Notes under the pieces: model-generated | What the model was told of the DNA's origin: nothing | Database searches by the model: none | What the model saw: only the letters and a program-made list of their open reading frames with translations | Program-made: the position numbers and the translations under genes | Source of the DNA: Ylistrum balloti | Lineage: Eukaryota | Assembly: GCF_031769215.1 (NCBI RefSeq) | Contig: NW_026782097.1 | Location: forward strand, 1,922,001 to 1,986,000 | Direction of reading: 5' to 3' | DNA length: 64,000 nt | Shown: positions 40,719 to 54,799 of the stretch, one piece after another | How the letters are laid out: every line of letters starts with the position of its first letter | Numbering within the stretch: the stretch's first letter is position 1

Positions 40719-43700
40719 AGTTTAATTAATCGTATTGCAAATGCGGCACGTCTTTCTAGATTTGTATTTGAAGTCGTTTTTCATTTGTCTGCAGCTCGCA
40801 AAACTCTTTAGTTAAATGTCATTCTATATGAGATGCGTGATGAATCAATTTTACACAATTTTCGTATGATTTCTGGATTCTCTGCGTAAATCTTTCTTTT
40901 GTTCATAGCTATTGGATTTGAGTTTGGATTATGATTATATTCACATGGTGGTATTTTCCTGTTGTTTCCGTAGCAACCAAAATTATATAACATTTAGTTG
41001 TTGTTGCACCACGATTTCTATGACAGAAGTTCACTGCTAATTGTACATACCTACAATGTCTAGTTTCAAGTAATGCCAGTTGATGAAAGGTCATACATGG
41101 TTTGTAGGCACGTTTATAATCTCGCATGGATAATATTACACGTAGTAAAATTCATCAAATTCAAATATCGTAAGCATATTTAGCTTTCCAATTGATGATT
41201 TTGGTCTTTGGCACCTTTTAAGAGGCCTGGACGGTAAATGTTTAAAAGCTTCAAACTCTATCCGATGCAACACAGCACTGTTATATGGTTATATTCTAAA
41301 CAAGATTTCGATTTAACAAGTCATTACATTTTGATTTGAATAGATTCACTTTCTATGCAATATAAATATGTATAATCTAAAAATACACAGAAAAAAGTAA
41401 GATAAAATAAAATGTCGACAGAACCTTAAAACTCAAATTCATTGACACTACGACGAAAATTAACAGAGAAAATACACATAGACCCCGTATAAAGCATGTG
41501 GTTTAAAGTTTAGAATTATATTTAGATATTTCATATCAGGAATATCGTTTATCTTACACAGGTATTGTGTCTATATAGTGCATCTATATGAAACAAATCG
41601 AGAAGCATTTCTACACATACATATAGATATCCATTAGCGCACTGTGGCTACTGGTAAGTAGAACACTACAGACGCATTCCTAACTACCAATTTACTATAG
41701 AATCCACTTTATTGAATTTAACGGTTAATGTATTTACGGTGCGATACCTGTACTCTTCTGTGTAAATCCTTATTAAGGTTTTCTTTTTCTTTTTTTACGT
41801 CGGATCAATTTCCTCAGAACGTTCCAAGAAAATTCAATTAATCTTACGTTAGATCCACGCCAAAATCCTTAATTAATTGCAGAATATGTTTACATGCTGG
41901 GTACAGTTCATCTTTGTGTTTTTGGCTATCAAAAGCATGGACAACCCGAAAAGGGAAACTGTAGTTTGAATTAATTGAAACGTCGATATTTGCAACATTC
42001 TGCTCGCGTTGCGTCATTTGGCAGCTGTGCTAAGCACGACGAGATATAAAACCTCTACCGAGTCAACAAGTTAAAAGGTATTTTTCCAAAATCCCGAATC
42101 TTAAGCTAATTCGTAAACGACTGAAAAAGTAAATAACATCTTTGAAAAGGAATTATATATATAATCAGTACATGTTTACGTTATGAGATGTCAAGTTAGC
42201 AAGAAAGTTCATCTGGTGAAACATATTTAGATATATAGAGGATACATCTTCTATCCATAGTAAACAGTTGTACATTGCAATCACTAAAACAGAATATTAA
42301 TAATGTTATTTAGTAACCTTTGAAATTAAAAGCAAGCAACCAATTTTCCAACATGACGGAATATTACACATGTCAATTATGTATATCTGAGTGAAAGGCA
42401 AATAATGATTCTAGTGTAAATGAAATGACTTAAGGATATACTCCTCTGATCTTTGACCGGAACGAGAGTAAGACACGATTGGTTGTGTAATGAATCAACA
42501 AAATATAATGTTTTTAAGTCTTGTTATACTCTTGTTATCTATACTTGTACTTATGAACTGAAAAGTGACTATTCATATGCTTTTTAAAAAGTTATCGGCG
42601 GCTTCGTGAATCGGTTAATAGCATCAACAATTTCAACATTTTCTGGTTGATATGATACCTCTTTTGAGTATAAACTCTGGATTTCAACTACACCTTGCTT
42701 AAACTATCATCACAAATCACAGATCTTAAAATAGTAAACTCAAGTTTGATGGACCAATTGCCTTCTTTGTTAGGACCCGAACAATGTTTTAGCTTGTTTT
42801 GCTGACAATCTAGCTATTTGAGTGAAAATTGTAAAATTTTAAGCTCATTAACCCCGTCATTTATATCAAACGAATCTCTGAAAACTACCCTCAGCAAAAC
42901 TCAAAGCTACTAAAAAGTTCAATATTAGAAGATTGATTGCTTTGTAGTTTGAAGCTAATCAAATCAAAATCAAAACTTAATCTTAGCATTTTCACATCAT
43001 TTATTTCAATAACCAAGAATAATGATATTACCTTCTCATGAAAATGATTTTTCAAAAAAGGTTGCCGCGAAAATCACAAAAAACTATTGTAATTTGGTAT
43101 GTCAAACGTAATTATTTTTTGTTTGATATATCCCAAAGTCTCTTTCGGAAAAGAAATCATACAGCAACATATCATATTTTGCTTTCGATATTGTTTCTTA
43201 AAATCTTACATTTTAAACAATCATCATCAGGAAAAAAGTTTAAATCAGGATTTGTTTTTATTTCTCAAGGGCGTATATTTTTACACAGCTGTTAAAGATT
43301 TATGAAGGTCTGCTGGCGAAAAATTCTTGCAGCTAATTTTTGCTCTGAAGTTTTGAAAGGTTTTTATTTCAGAAAGAAATTTAAACTACATGTAAACATT
43401 GAACTGCTATTTTTTACTTCAGGTATCAGAAGAACAAACAGTTTTCATATACCATTCCTATTGATTTCCCTAAATCAACAGGCATTTTATATCAATTTCG
43501 AGGCTACCCCTTTTTAATAAATTCTAATTTTCATTAAAACGTTGACGATTGATGCTTGGATATTGATAATAAATAATATATAATATGATGATATGAAAGC
43601 ACTATATTTGCCAGTTAATTTCATGAGATTAAAACTGTTATGTTATCACTTTGAAAAATATCAAACATCCTTTCATTCGCCATGTTCTGGAAGACTTAAT

Positions 43701-45822
43701 GCTTAATGAAATTGATTTTTCTCACAATCAAATACAGAAAGAGTTAAGGAGCAAGTCGAAATATAAACGTTTGGGTCAAAAATCATTGGTAGTGGTCAAC
43801 CAATTTGGGAATATCGTATTTGATGTTCTGATTTGTGGTGATAATTCATGCAAAATGTTTTCGAAATTCTATCAAAACTTATATATATACTCAAAGAAGT
43901 ATCTTACCACGGGAGAAGCTGTGAATTTGTTGATGTTTTACATGAATATAGGATGTTCGGTTGGGAAAACGTTTCCACTGACTGTATGTTTTGTGATTTT
44001 GTGGATCATGGGAACTTCTAGAGTACTGCACAACTAAATTTATCAACATGTCAATTCTTGTGTCAACATAATGGTTTTACTCTATTGCGATGAAACGATG
44101 AAATAATTTTATCAAAAGACATATTTGTTTTTATGTCGATAATGTTATTGTCAACAAGGAATATTATCATTATTGTAATTTCATTCTCATCATGAAATAA
44201 ACGACGGCATAGATAGCAAATTGAACAGTGCGCTTACAAAACCATTTGTTTCATATCTACCTAAATGGCATTTTGTATTTTTGTTATGACACCAAACGAA
44301 TTGTGAAAGACATTGACTGGTTATGATAGTTGAAAACGTTACTAAAAAACGTTAAGTAGACACTATAACGATAATTTAATCACACATTATGAAATAGTAT
44401 CTTCACAATTCATGGCGTAAAAACAGTGTTAATTGCAACGAAAACGCTGTACCATGCAGTTTGATTCATTATTTGGCTATTTTGTATCGGATGTTTAATT
44501 TGTATTGAAGGCTGCTATTCACCTGGGTGCCCTTTTAACAGTCTTAGAGTTTGAGGGTGGTAGAGATTACTAACGGACTTTTAGTCCCTGAGGTTTCCAG
44601 GCATGGCACGTCTTAATTCATTTAAATTGCGGACGAATCAGAAAATCCACATGAACACGTACTTCTGTAATTATCAGATGAAAAAAAAAATTGATTTAAT
44701 TATACTATTTCTCTTGTGTATCTTTTGTACAATATGCGATATTATTCGACACAACACCATCATGTAAGACTGAAATCCATTAACACTTTTGATAGACCAA
44801 AACGGAATCCAGAAATCTGTAGCAAATTGAATTAGGAATGCTTTCTCTCAAATTGCATTTGCACATATCTATAAGGTTTTAGTCAACATGCTCCTGTTTT
44901 GTATACACCGAAAGATTGCACATTATAAATAACCTAAAATGGCACTAAAGAGTACACCGTAGGCCTATCAATGTTTACCATTTATACACGAGATAAGTTG
45001 TGTTAATGTTTCAAACTAAGCATCAAATGTCCTTATATACCGTATCATATATACTAAATTTGATTAAGTTTTATATTTGTCAGGCTATCTGACAGGATGT
45101 ATTGTTTTGCATGCGTTCTAACTCGTCAGTGAGACCGTGCATCGTCTGCATTTGGCGCCAAATATTTTCTTTTTGTGATGAAAGATAGAGCTTGGGAGAC
45201 AGCTATCTGCAAAAGTATATCTTATATACATTGGTGTGCTGTCATAGTTCACATAAATATGATAGATCGTACATCCAACAATTTTGTTAACTTTAAGAAC
45301 GATTGTATGTCACCATTTTGTGTGTCTAATAACAAGTCCGTGTTAATACAAAAACCTTAGTACCGAAACGAGCTATCGAGTGAATGCAAAATATGATATC
45401 AATATTGATAGGTCATTGGGAAAATGAGACACGCCCTTTGAACTTTGAACTTTTAAAGTGGTATATACTAGGAAGCTGTGAGGTCGGATGAATTGTGCTA
45501 ACGTCTGTATTAGACTGTACTAAATCTAAATCTTAGTTTGTATTAAGACGTGTTATTCACTTGTGTTCTTGTTCAATCGTTTGGATTGCAAGTATAGACA
45601 CTGTTCTTGGACTTTTTCCGAAAGTTTCCCTAATCTGCACGCTATTTTATTCATTTATTCGGCAAGGCAAGGTTCAGAATATACATATGTACTTGACATA
45701 ATGTTAATGAAAGTTACTAAATATATTTACTTATTCCGCTGGTACACCAATTAAGATGATGACCTTTCTTTCGATCAATTTTGATTTTTTTCTCATAATT
45801 CTCCTAGGTTTAAAGACCCTTA

Positions 45823-45866
45823 GCATCACTAACGAGTCATAGAGGACAAAACAGCTGTATAAGTTA
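45823..45866 (+). ncRNA. Degenerate hammerhead ribozyme motif
   Basis: GCATCA CTAACGA GTC ATAGA GGAC AAAA CAGCT GTA TAAGTT: G5>A and G12>A core mutations; palindromic ACAGCTGT retained. Confidence 0.65.
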
Positions 45867-46519
45867 TTTAAGTGTATCTAGTTCGGAATTTGTATTGAAA
45901 GGTATTGAAAGGTGTTATTCCAATGTAGTTTGTGTGACATATATAACCGTCGATAACAGATGGTACACACTGCTGATAAAGTATCAGTAGCTCAGGTTTG
46001 TCGTAACCAACATGCCAGCTTACTTTCTGCAAATATAATCGTTTTTTATTGAGTTGTTGGGCTAAAGACCTCCCCTCCAAGGTTTCACAATTTAGGCCCT
46101 TTGCACCACTAACGTGTCATTGAAGGAGAGAACAGCATGACGCAGTTTCATTCACCATATGGCTTTACTGTTTCTATCTCTAAATTTGTATTGAATAATG
46201 CTGTTCTTTTTGTGTTTTTGTACAATGTTCGGGTGGAGACATTGTTTGCTCTGTGCAAGCGTTCATTATGAATATATTTCAATCACATGTACGGGCATCA
46301 CATTTCAGGAGCAGAAACAACATGACGATGTGGAGTATCGCAAACTGAAGTCCGATAATTTCTCCCTTAAGCATTGTAAAATAAAAATAGCATTTGCATT
46401 GTGAAAAACATTCTTATCTTGGTTACTTTTTTCGTCGCCGTACGTCAGGCCATGTACGAAGGTACATTTCATTGTGCAAAAACGGTGTCTATATAGGGAA
46501 GCATATAAGCGATCAACGC

Positions 46520-46900
46520 AGTCGTCGCTTCAATAACACTTAGTCAAACTGTTAGGTATTTTACTGTTTCCATATAAACATTCAGAAGGTACAGTTGATA
46601 GAAAAATATATCCTGTAGTAAGAGAAAGCAGGAATGAATTACCATGTCTTCTATCTTGCGTGGTGCGTTAAGAAATGGGATGTATTTGATGCTCGTTTGT
46701 TTGCCTGTTGGTTCTGTTCTTATATATCTAGGTTGACAAAGGAGCAAAAGACAGACACTCCAGCGAAACACATGGTCTCATTGTCTTTTATATATTTCAA
46801 AAGCCTCTTCGTATATCTTTCTTTGTTCAGATATTGCCAAAGTTTTATTTAGGTTTTTGTGTTGTATTATGATTTTGTTGGTATATTTAAAATTTGTTGT
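46520..46900 (+). mobile_element. Decayed Penelope-like 3' fragment
   Basis: GATGTATTTGATGCTCGTTTG and the downstream TATTATGATTTTGTTGG parallel the 27520-27880 copy. Confidence 0.45.
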
Positions 46901-47439
46901 GTTTCTTTAAAGTTATCACAACCCAAACGTTCAAGACTTCCGAATGTTGAAACGTAGATTATAATCTAATACGTTTTGGCAATTTTCATTACTGGAAAAT
47001 GATTTTTCAAAAATTATAGATAAATAAACATATACTGAGTCATGCCGCTAGTTATAAGAATTGCAGACTTGAATATGGAAATATCAACATGAAATCGGGA
47101 TTGAAATAATTCCGTGGTCTGCCTCTTAGACGTTACGGTTAAAAATAGAACATAATCAAAGATACAATATTTGAAGTAAAAAATGCATTGCTAGAAATCG
47201 GAAAACGGAAAAGATGTACCTTATAATATATATATCTTAATCCATGTCATACACACGAGAAAACCTTAAAACATTAGGTACACACGTTTAAGTTGGTTCA
47301 GATATGTACTGACACAGTTACGTTTACTTCATTTGCATTTTAAAGACTGCAACGCCAACTAGCATATCTGCAAATATTTTACCTTTTGAGGTTATTTTTC
47401 AGTTGTGTTATATCGCTGTATGTATCTACATCGTTAATA

Positions 47440-47680
47440 AAACTGTTGGTTCTCTGAATTTGTTAAAAACCAAACCATGTACAAGAAGCACCAACAAGCT
47501 TAAATCATGTTTTTTATATTATGGCCCTCGCCAGCTAAATATTCGTGATTGTCGTTTGAGAAATAGAGCAAAGTCACTCAATTATGACTTATTCAGAGCC
47601 AATCTCACGAACACTGCAGCTTTCTCCTGTGGGCATCCCTCCGAAGACTCCTTTCAACTGCAAACTCGCTTTTAGCTAGA
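47440..47680 (+). mobile_element. CR1-like LINE ORF2 C-terminal remnant
   Basis: CFLYYGPRQLNIRDCRLRNRAKSLNYDLFRANLTNTAAFSCGHPSEDSF follows the CR1-type tail YYG.R..NI.H.RLR....LN.DLF..NL....C.CG...ED..H. Confidence 0.65.
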
Positions 47681-48717
47681 GCTGTTCAAAAATTAATTGA
47701 TGCACGTGAGCGATTTGGCTAGCTATCTGCATTCCCCATCTTTCCTCCTTTGTACTATATACTCCCTTCTTCCCTCCTTACCTACCCTTCTTCCTACTCT
47801 TCAGTCCTTCCCTTTTGTTTCAATCAAAAATTATTATTATATATATGTTGTTTCATTGCCTGTTGTTTATACAATGCCATGGAGAGGGCTATATAATTTG
47901 GTAAAGCGTTTGCCCCATCCTGTTGTACGAACTTTCTGCACTAAAATAATCATTAAATGAAATCGTTAATATAAAAACAATTTATCACGCGTGACTATAA
48001 AGCGGGAATTCGGCTGAGTGAAACAATAGCATGCTGAATTGAACATTGAGGTCAGTTTCATTATACAAAACAAATTAGAGGAGACCACTTATCCAGAAAA
48101 AGTTAATGACACATTGATATGTATGGAATTTAGCATTCCAAAATAACCTAACGAATGATTAAAATAACATTTAACGTTCTTTGTAGTAAACCTACGAACT
48201 GTAACATTTGTTCACTTGTATACGTGTACCCTATTTTCTATGTTCCAGATGAAATAATATCACTATGACTGCGAAATCACATTCTATTTGAAGCTTTATG
48301 TGGTGCTAGTGACTTCCATTTGATAATTAGATAATAATATCACCGTAAGTGTAGCGATTAGGAGCTCGTGTATGATGTGGGTTCAAGATAAAGGTTTTTT
48401 TTTATACTGGAACGTAATAGGGGCAGTTATGAGAATTGGTCTAGAAATTTTCCGCTGCTTATGTAATCGGGAAGATCAAATTTCTGATGCCCTTGTTATG
48501 AATACGTTATCCTTTACATTCGGAGGTAGAAAATCTACAGCAACTGATGTATATATTTCCTGGTCAGTAAATGTCTTGTTTCCAGTATTGAGAGTTACCG
48601 CATTAGATGTTCTTAGACAGATTGCTCTCGGTTGATGCTTTGACAGCCCGTCTTGTATGCAATAAGGGAACTTACATTGTGAGGTTTACTCGGAAGCGAG
48701 TTGTTGCACCAGTACTT

Positions 48718-49260
48718 CGGAAACAGACACACGGTATTGTGAGTTGTTACACCAATGCTTAGAGAACAGACAGACGGTGTTGTGAGTTGTTACACTAGTG
48801 CGTAGAGAACAGACAGACGATGTTGTGAGTTGTTACACTAGTGCGTAGAGAACAGACAGACGGTGTTGTGAGTTGTTACACTTGTGCGTAGAGAACAGAC
48901 AGACGGTGTTGTGAGTTGTTACACTAGTGCGTAGAGAACAGACAGACGGTGTTGTGAGTTGTTACACTAGTGCGTAGAGAACAGACAGACGGTGTTGTGA
49001 GTTGTTGTACCAGCAGAGCAAGAACTGACATACTGTGTTGAGAGTTGCTGCACCAGTACATCAAGAACTGACACACGGTGTTGTGAGTTGTTGCACCAGT
49101 ACTTAAAGAATAGACATACTGTGTTGAGAGTTGTTGCACTAGTGATTCGAGAACTGACATACGGTGTTGAGAATTGTTGCACTAGTACTTCGATAACTTT
49201 AATGCGATGCTTCGACTTGTTGCGCTACTGATTTAGGAGATGACATATGGTGTTGCGAAT
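48718..49260. repeat. 43-bp minisatellite (GAGAACAGACAGACGGTGTTGTGAGTTGTTACACTAGTGCGTA), ~12 copies, degenerate at the edges
   Basis: TGTGAGTTGT recurs at 48781 and 48824; contains the palindrome CACTAGTG. Confidence 0.92.
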
Positions 49261-52200
49261 TTTAAACCGGTATTTCCGGAGTTGACACATCGTTTTGTCA
49301 TACTTTGTGTTGTGGGAATTGATATATGATGTTAGAGTTGAACTTTGTAAACGTTTGATCTGGAGTATTAATATTCTTTTCTGGTGATCTGTTTGTTTAA
49401 TTGTTGATATGAGAACTGAATAATATGCCTTTCTTTGGAATCTGAACATTCTGATGATCTTGTTATTGAGGGCTAGACTTGGAGTAAGTTTTTAATAAAG
49501 ACTTCGTAGAAGAAATGCCATTTTATGTTCGTCGATTTAAAAGGGCCTTCTTAGCTTTTCGTTGGAGTTTAAAAAAAAAATGGTTGTCTAAATAAAGACA
49601 CCTACGCATAGTCTAGGTCATTGACCATTTTATCAGCTATAAACTTGGTGACTAATTTTATCTACGCCTGAACCATACTTGAATCCCTATTTCGTGTCTG
49701 CTTGGTATGTTATCGGGTATCCCATCTGTCGCATTTGATGGTAGCAGCGACTAATACTTGCGAAAGATTCACGTGACACATTAGCCTTGTTAACAAATTG
49801 TTATCAGAAATGGACAAAAATGCAAATCGCAGGGTTGTTGACATTTTGTATGTTGTGAACTGCGTGCCGTTCGTGCCGTTGCATAACAGCAAGGTATTAT
49901 ATCTATCTCAAATAGTGATGTTTTTGCAAATTCTTCATAGCATCATTGTGGCGATACCAGTTTTGTCTATATTCATTTTTGTTCACCTGCTGTCTAGTGA
50001 CACAACTGATAGCGTTTGACGTCAGTTAAATTCCTCAGTAAGTTCAAGGATCAATGACTTGAAAATATTCTTAAATCGAATAGGGCAAATAGTAAAAACG
50101 CCAAGTATGCCAATGAATCCCAGGAATTCGAAAAACGTGTAAATGTGTGTGTGGTTATTATGTAATTTGAATAGATTGTAACCTTATCATTTATAGGTTT
50201 TACACGGCTAATTGTATTTTGTATTAAAAAAACCCTTTGTGAGCCGCAACCCATGATTAAACTGATATATCACAAACCTGCAAGCAGTTCCGTATCTTTA
50301 TGGTGCCCCAAACACCTTGCAACCCACCAGTATTTTCTTCAATCTGATGTGCAGTGTATAAAAAATGGCAAAGCCGGTATTTATTATGTCGGTTACGCTT
50401 TGAACCTCAACTAGTCAACATCAACTCTACATCAAATTTTAACAAAAAATTAAAAAGTTCGTTAAGGAAATATCTGATGATGGCAAATCTGTCGTTTTTT
50501 AAAAAGCGTGAAAAAGGTTACTGTAACTTGGAGTGAGATGTTACTACGACTAGTATACCATGTTTCCATAACGGAAGAAGATCACGAATGTTTGCACAAT
50601 TCTGTTACTCAAGAAAAAAAATAGGAAACTTTTGAAAACACGTGCACAGGTAGTACAATGAAAACAATATCACGTCTTACGAGAGAGTAGGTGTCAATTG
50701 ATGCACAGACAACTCCCGCAAGGAAAATTGAGGTTACACAGTATCAATATAACAATTTCAAATAAAAAGTAAGGTGCATGTTAAAACTATGTATGCTAAC
50801 GAAGATGACAAACCTTGCATGAACCATAACATCGTGAAATCGTTTGAGATGTCAATGAGATTATGTAGATGACCATGAAACATCACCGTAGTCGTTTTCT
50901 AAAGGCAACATACTTCGACGTAATTATAAAATCGAGTCAGTTTTGATATATCGATTTGTATTCCATTCTTACCTTCGGCAATTGTGAAATTATGACTAAT
51001 GATACAAGCTTTGGCGTTCAAAAAAATATCGCCACAACTAAGTAAAGTACAGATAAGAAGTAGCAATTATGTCAGTCATGTTGGAAAATGGTATTCATCG
51101 ATTGTTAGTCAACAATTCATACTCCGAAAGCCAATATTATTTCTAAATAGGATTCTCGATATTGTTCAATATTGCATAAAAGAAACTCGTGTAAAGAAAC
51201 ATGGTTTTCAAAATTATGAGTGTTCGTTATAAATCAGTGAGAAATATCGATTTCTCTGTAATGATCCAACACGGAATCGTTCACTTTCAGCAAAATGAAA
51301 GTGAAAAGATCTGGTAATATAATTATAACAAGTTATTTGCTTGTATGATACATGAGGGGAAAAGGATGGCCTATTCTGTTACATAAAAATTAATCATGAA
51401 ACATAGTTCATTAATCAAATGAAGCTGACATGGTGCAATTGAACGGTGTTCAAAACCAAGGTTCCATTCTGTCTTCTTGGGTAGAATCATGAAGTTGTAA
51501 TGAACAAGTAATATTACATAAAAAACGAACGCTTAAAATACATTTGTCTTTCTGAAACCGTGTATTAGAGATGGAAGCATGATATTCTAATTATTTCTAT
51601 TTTCTATTAGTTCTCAAGTATTGCAGAGAAATCAAGGTACTGTGTAAGTTTGAAAAAATACATATAGATTTGCAATAGGTACTGTAACGCAATGTAAGTG
51701 CATATCTGTAACGATACTTGTATTTTAATCGAACTCTGTTTGTGGCAAATACACTGTGAAACAAACACAAAATCTCATAACAAGATGTATTTCATCTAAA
51801 ATCAACAGTCGGTTTGGTGTTTCTGCAACAAACTAATATTCATGTAAACTCGGTATCTGTGATATCTGCTTAGTAATGGTAACATGTTTGCTGCCTTTCA
51901 ATTCTATAGCATATTCAAGTTGAAATCATCGTTTAAGTAGAAACGCACACAGGTATTTTTTTCGCTTACGGAACATGAGATCGGTACCTATTAAATGATA
52001 AAATATTCACCACCCACACCCCTTCTTTAAGATAAAATGAAATTGTATCATTCCAATTATATCATTACTTACGGTTTCTGATCTGTATCTGAAAAAAACT
52101 TTTCTTTGATTTGGATTTCGAAAATCAGGCTGTGAAAACATTTCTTAAGTGATGTGATGTCAAATATTTGACATCTTTATCATATTTTTATCATAATATG

Positions 52201-52927
52201 ATAATTCATAATACATAATATACTTTATACAGAAATAGATATAACACATAATATAAAAAATATTGTGTGTGCACATTTTTCGTTCATGGTTAAAACATGT
52301 AAAAACGTTCGTAGATAAACGCTGTGAGCCGTATCAGCATTGATTTGCTCATAAATGCGCCGCTCCATCTAGGCCTTTATATTCCTTTCGACTATTCTGT
52401 TTCTTTTAAATCACCTCCTAGACCTACTCATGTTAGATCGTACTACTGAATGAAATACTGTAGGATACAGTACATTACTAGGCGATACTGCATGTCATTT
52501 TAACTGTAAAATTGTAACTTTGTCATGTAATTTATTGTTCTGTTATTTGCTTTTTTAACCATCTTTGAAGAGATTGCAGGTAGTAGACTCTGAAATTGGA
52601 CTTTTATACTTTTATCTGCGATAGTTAGTGTAACTACATGTCCCGTTTGTTCTCTTACTAATAGTGACACGGTTCAGAATAAGCTTTACTTAATTTTCAA
52701 ATATGCAAATTTGAAACAACATCGAATTTATTGAATTGATGTAGGTGTACCTCTCTATGTTGGTGTTGACATTTCCTTTATGCCAATTTTGATTTGATTT
52801 GTTACGATTTAGACTCTTAGTATCACTGACCAATCCAGGAAAATTGTACATGGGGAGGGGGGGGCATTATAGCACCATTTAATAAAGATTTAAATAAATG
52901 TTGTTGAGCCTAACAGTGAAATATACT

Positions 52928-52971
52928 GAACCATACAACTACTTCGTCCTTCTAGGATTTATCAGTGATGT
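52928..52971 (-). ncRNA. Degenerate hammerhead ribozyme motif, flanked by + strand half-motifs at 52820-52838 and 52991-53012
   Basis: Minus strand: ACATCA CTGATAA ATCC TAGAA GGAC GAAG TAGTT GTA TGGTTC. Plus strand halves: GTATCA CTGACCA ATCC and GGAC GAAA CAGCT GTA TGATGC. Confidence 0.65.
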
Positions 52972-54139
52972 TAAGGCCCTAAATGTTGATGGACGAAACA
53001 GCTGTATGATGCATTTTAATAAACCATTATGATATTATGTAATACTATATGTTTTCCTAGTATTGTTGATATATATGTTTATTGCGATTATTTGTTCTTT
53101 GTCTACAGCTTTTTCATGTCTTATGTTCTTTTGATGTCCATTTTGTATTAACTTTTATTATCTTTAATTGTCTTTGTCAAATTAGAATTTTAAAAGTCGT
53201 ATGTACCAAGCTTATGCAGCATTAGATGGACATTAAGTCGTCTGAACTGCATGTACCCCGTTACTTAAATTCAGCACGAATGTCATGGTCTATTCAATAT
53301 GGTACCTTACACTGTGGCAGAGCTGTGGATGTGACATTATGTATGCAAGTGACGAACAATTATTCATTGTGCTTTTTCCTGGCCTTTGGTTAACCTACAC
53401 TAACTAGATATACAGTATAGTGCCGTGACATTCAGATCATCTTCGTGATTGTGTCTTGCTGAAGTTAATAACATCCCCATAGAACGAATGAAGGGTGTCC
53501 CCCGAATGCTTTATGATACGCACAGATCCAGATGTCTATGGAAAGTGATCCTTCTTCAACAAAATGCCAGGACAATGGTCTTTATAAGAAAGTGGACATC
53601 GACCTGCTATTCGCAATTATTTGTTTACGTGACAGTTCGTAACTACGTTACCTCGCTTTATCAATATCAGTTTGGTCATCACTTGTGTGGCCCAAGGACT
53701 TTGAGAGTGAATGCACACCCGAATAATTTACGTGCTGCTTTGCTGGAAGTGAGAAAGAAACGTCTATGGCATAAAAATAGGGTTTTAGTTCATGAATAAT
53801 TTAACTACGACTCCTGTCAGTTAAAGATTGTGGTGATTGTGGTTTTATTTGATGTGGTTTTAACTGTTTCTGATACCAGAGATTTATACAGTCATTTTAA
53901 AGGCACGTACGTATGTGGACACATGAAAATCACACCAAGTGGAGTATTATAAGACAAATTAATATCATATTTAGATAGATAAATATTGATATGGAAAAGA
54001 TCGGGATATGAAATAGAATTAAGAACGGGTCAAACTGGGAACACGAAATTTATTTTGTAGTTGTCACTTTTGGCCTCCTTTCTCTTGATCACTTTGAATG
54101 TTCTTAGTCGCCACCTAGGCTTTTTAAGTTAGGGCCTTA

Positions 54140-54183
54140 GCATCACTGACGGACTCTAGTAGGGCGAAATGGCTGTATGATGC
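54140..54183 (+). ncRNA. Hammerhead ribozyme motif (type I, minimal) with perfect stem I
   Basis: GCATCA CTGACGG ACTC TAGTA GGGC GAAA TGGCT GTA TGATGC: stem I GCATCA/TGATGC perfect, GUA triplet, A9>G and a weakened stem II. Confidence 0.75.
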
Positions 54184-54539
54184 AGTTTACTTCATTTTTT
54201 GACTGTACTGTATCTTACTCTTATTTATGAAAAGTTTACCATTCACTTGTGTGTCCATTGTACAATCTTTAAGATGGAAAGTGGTAGACACTGCTGGTGG
54301 ACTCTAAGTTTCCAAGGTCTGTCATAACCTGTACTCTACGTTTAGTTCATTCGAATAGTGGCATGGTTCAGAATATATACATGGTATTGACTTGTTCTAA
54401 AATACCTGATAAATGACAATTACGAAATTTATTTGATTATTGGATTGCTGCATCTCCCCGTCAAGATTTTGACCTTCTTTCTTGTGATCCGTTTGGATTT
54501 GTCTTAGTGACTTCCTGGGCTTCAAAATTCAGGCCCTTA

Positions 54540-54577
54540 GTATCATGTCCAAGAAGGACGAAACAGCAGTTCAATGC
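54540..54577 (+). ncRNA. Hammerhead-derived motif with the CTGAnGA core deleted (second copy of the tandem pair)
   Basis: GTATCA T GTCC AAGAA GGAC GAAA CAGCA GTT CAATGC; flanks align with those of the 54140 copy. Confidence 0.65.
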
Positions 54578-54799
54578 AGTTTACTTCATTGTTTGGCTGC
54601 ACTGTATCTTACTCTACATTATGTATTGTTGCTATTGTACATTACCACTGACATGCCTTCTTGTATTCGTGCCATGCAGAGATGACATAATCGTATATCA
54701 TGTGTCTATAAAACATATTTGAAACTATTTACACATTGAATCATGGATACGACTAGGCTTGATTGCTGATCTAGGTATACCTTTATAAGTTTCAATTTA

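Noticed and set aside
43651-44037. 128-aa ORF, the longest in the intron
   Set aside because: Only FSKFYQNLY hints at a LINE endonuclease-RT linker. It has no recognisable domain or splice context, so it is not called as a gene.
45090-45136. Minus-strand CTGACGA GTTAGAAC... as another hammerhead
   Set aside because: No closed stem II before a GAAA, no stem I complement, and none of the family flanks.
51400-51440. GCTGACATG|GT resembling the end of a third alternative exon
   Set aside because: In-frame TAA at 51412-51414 and no RPV or QI motif upstream.
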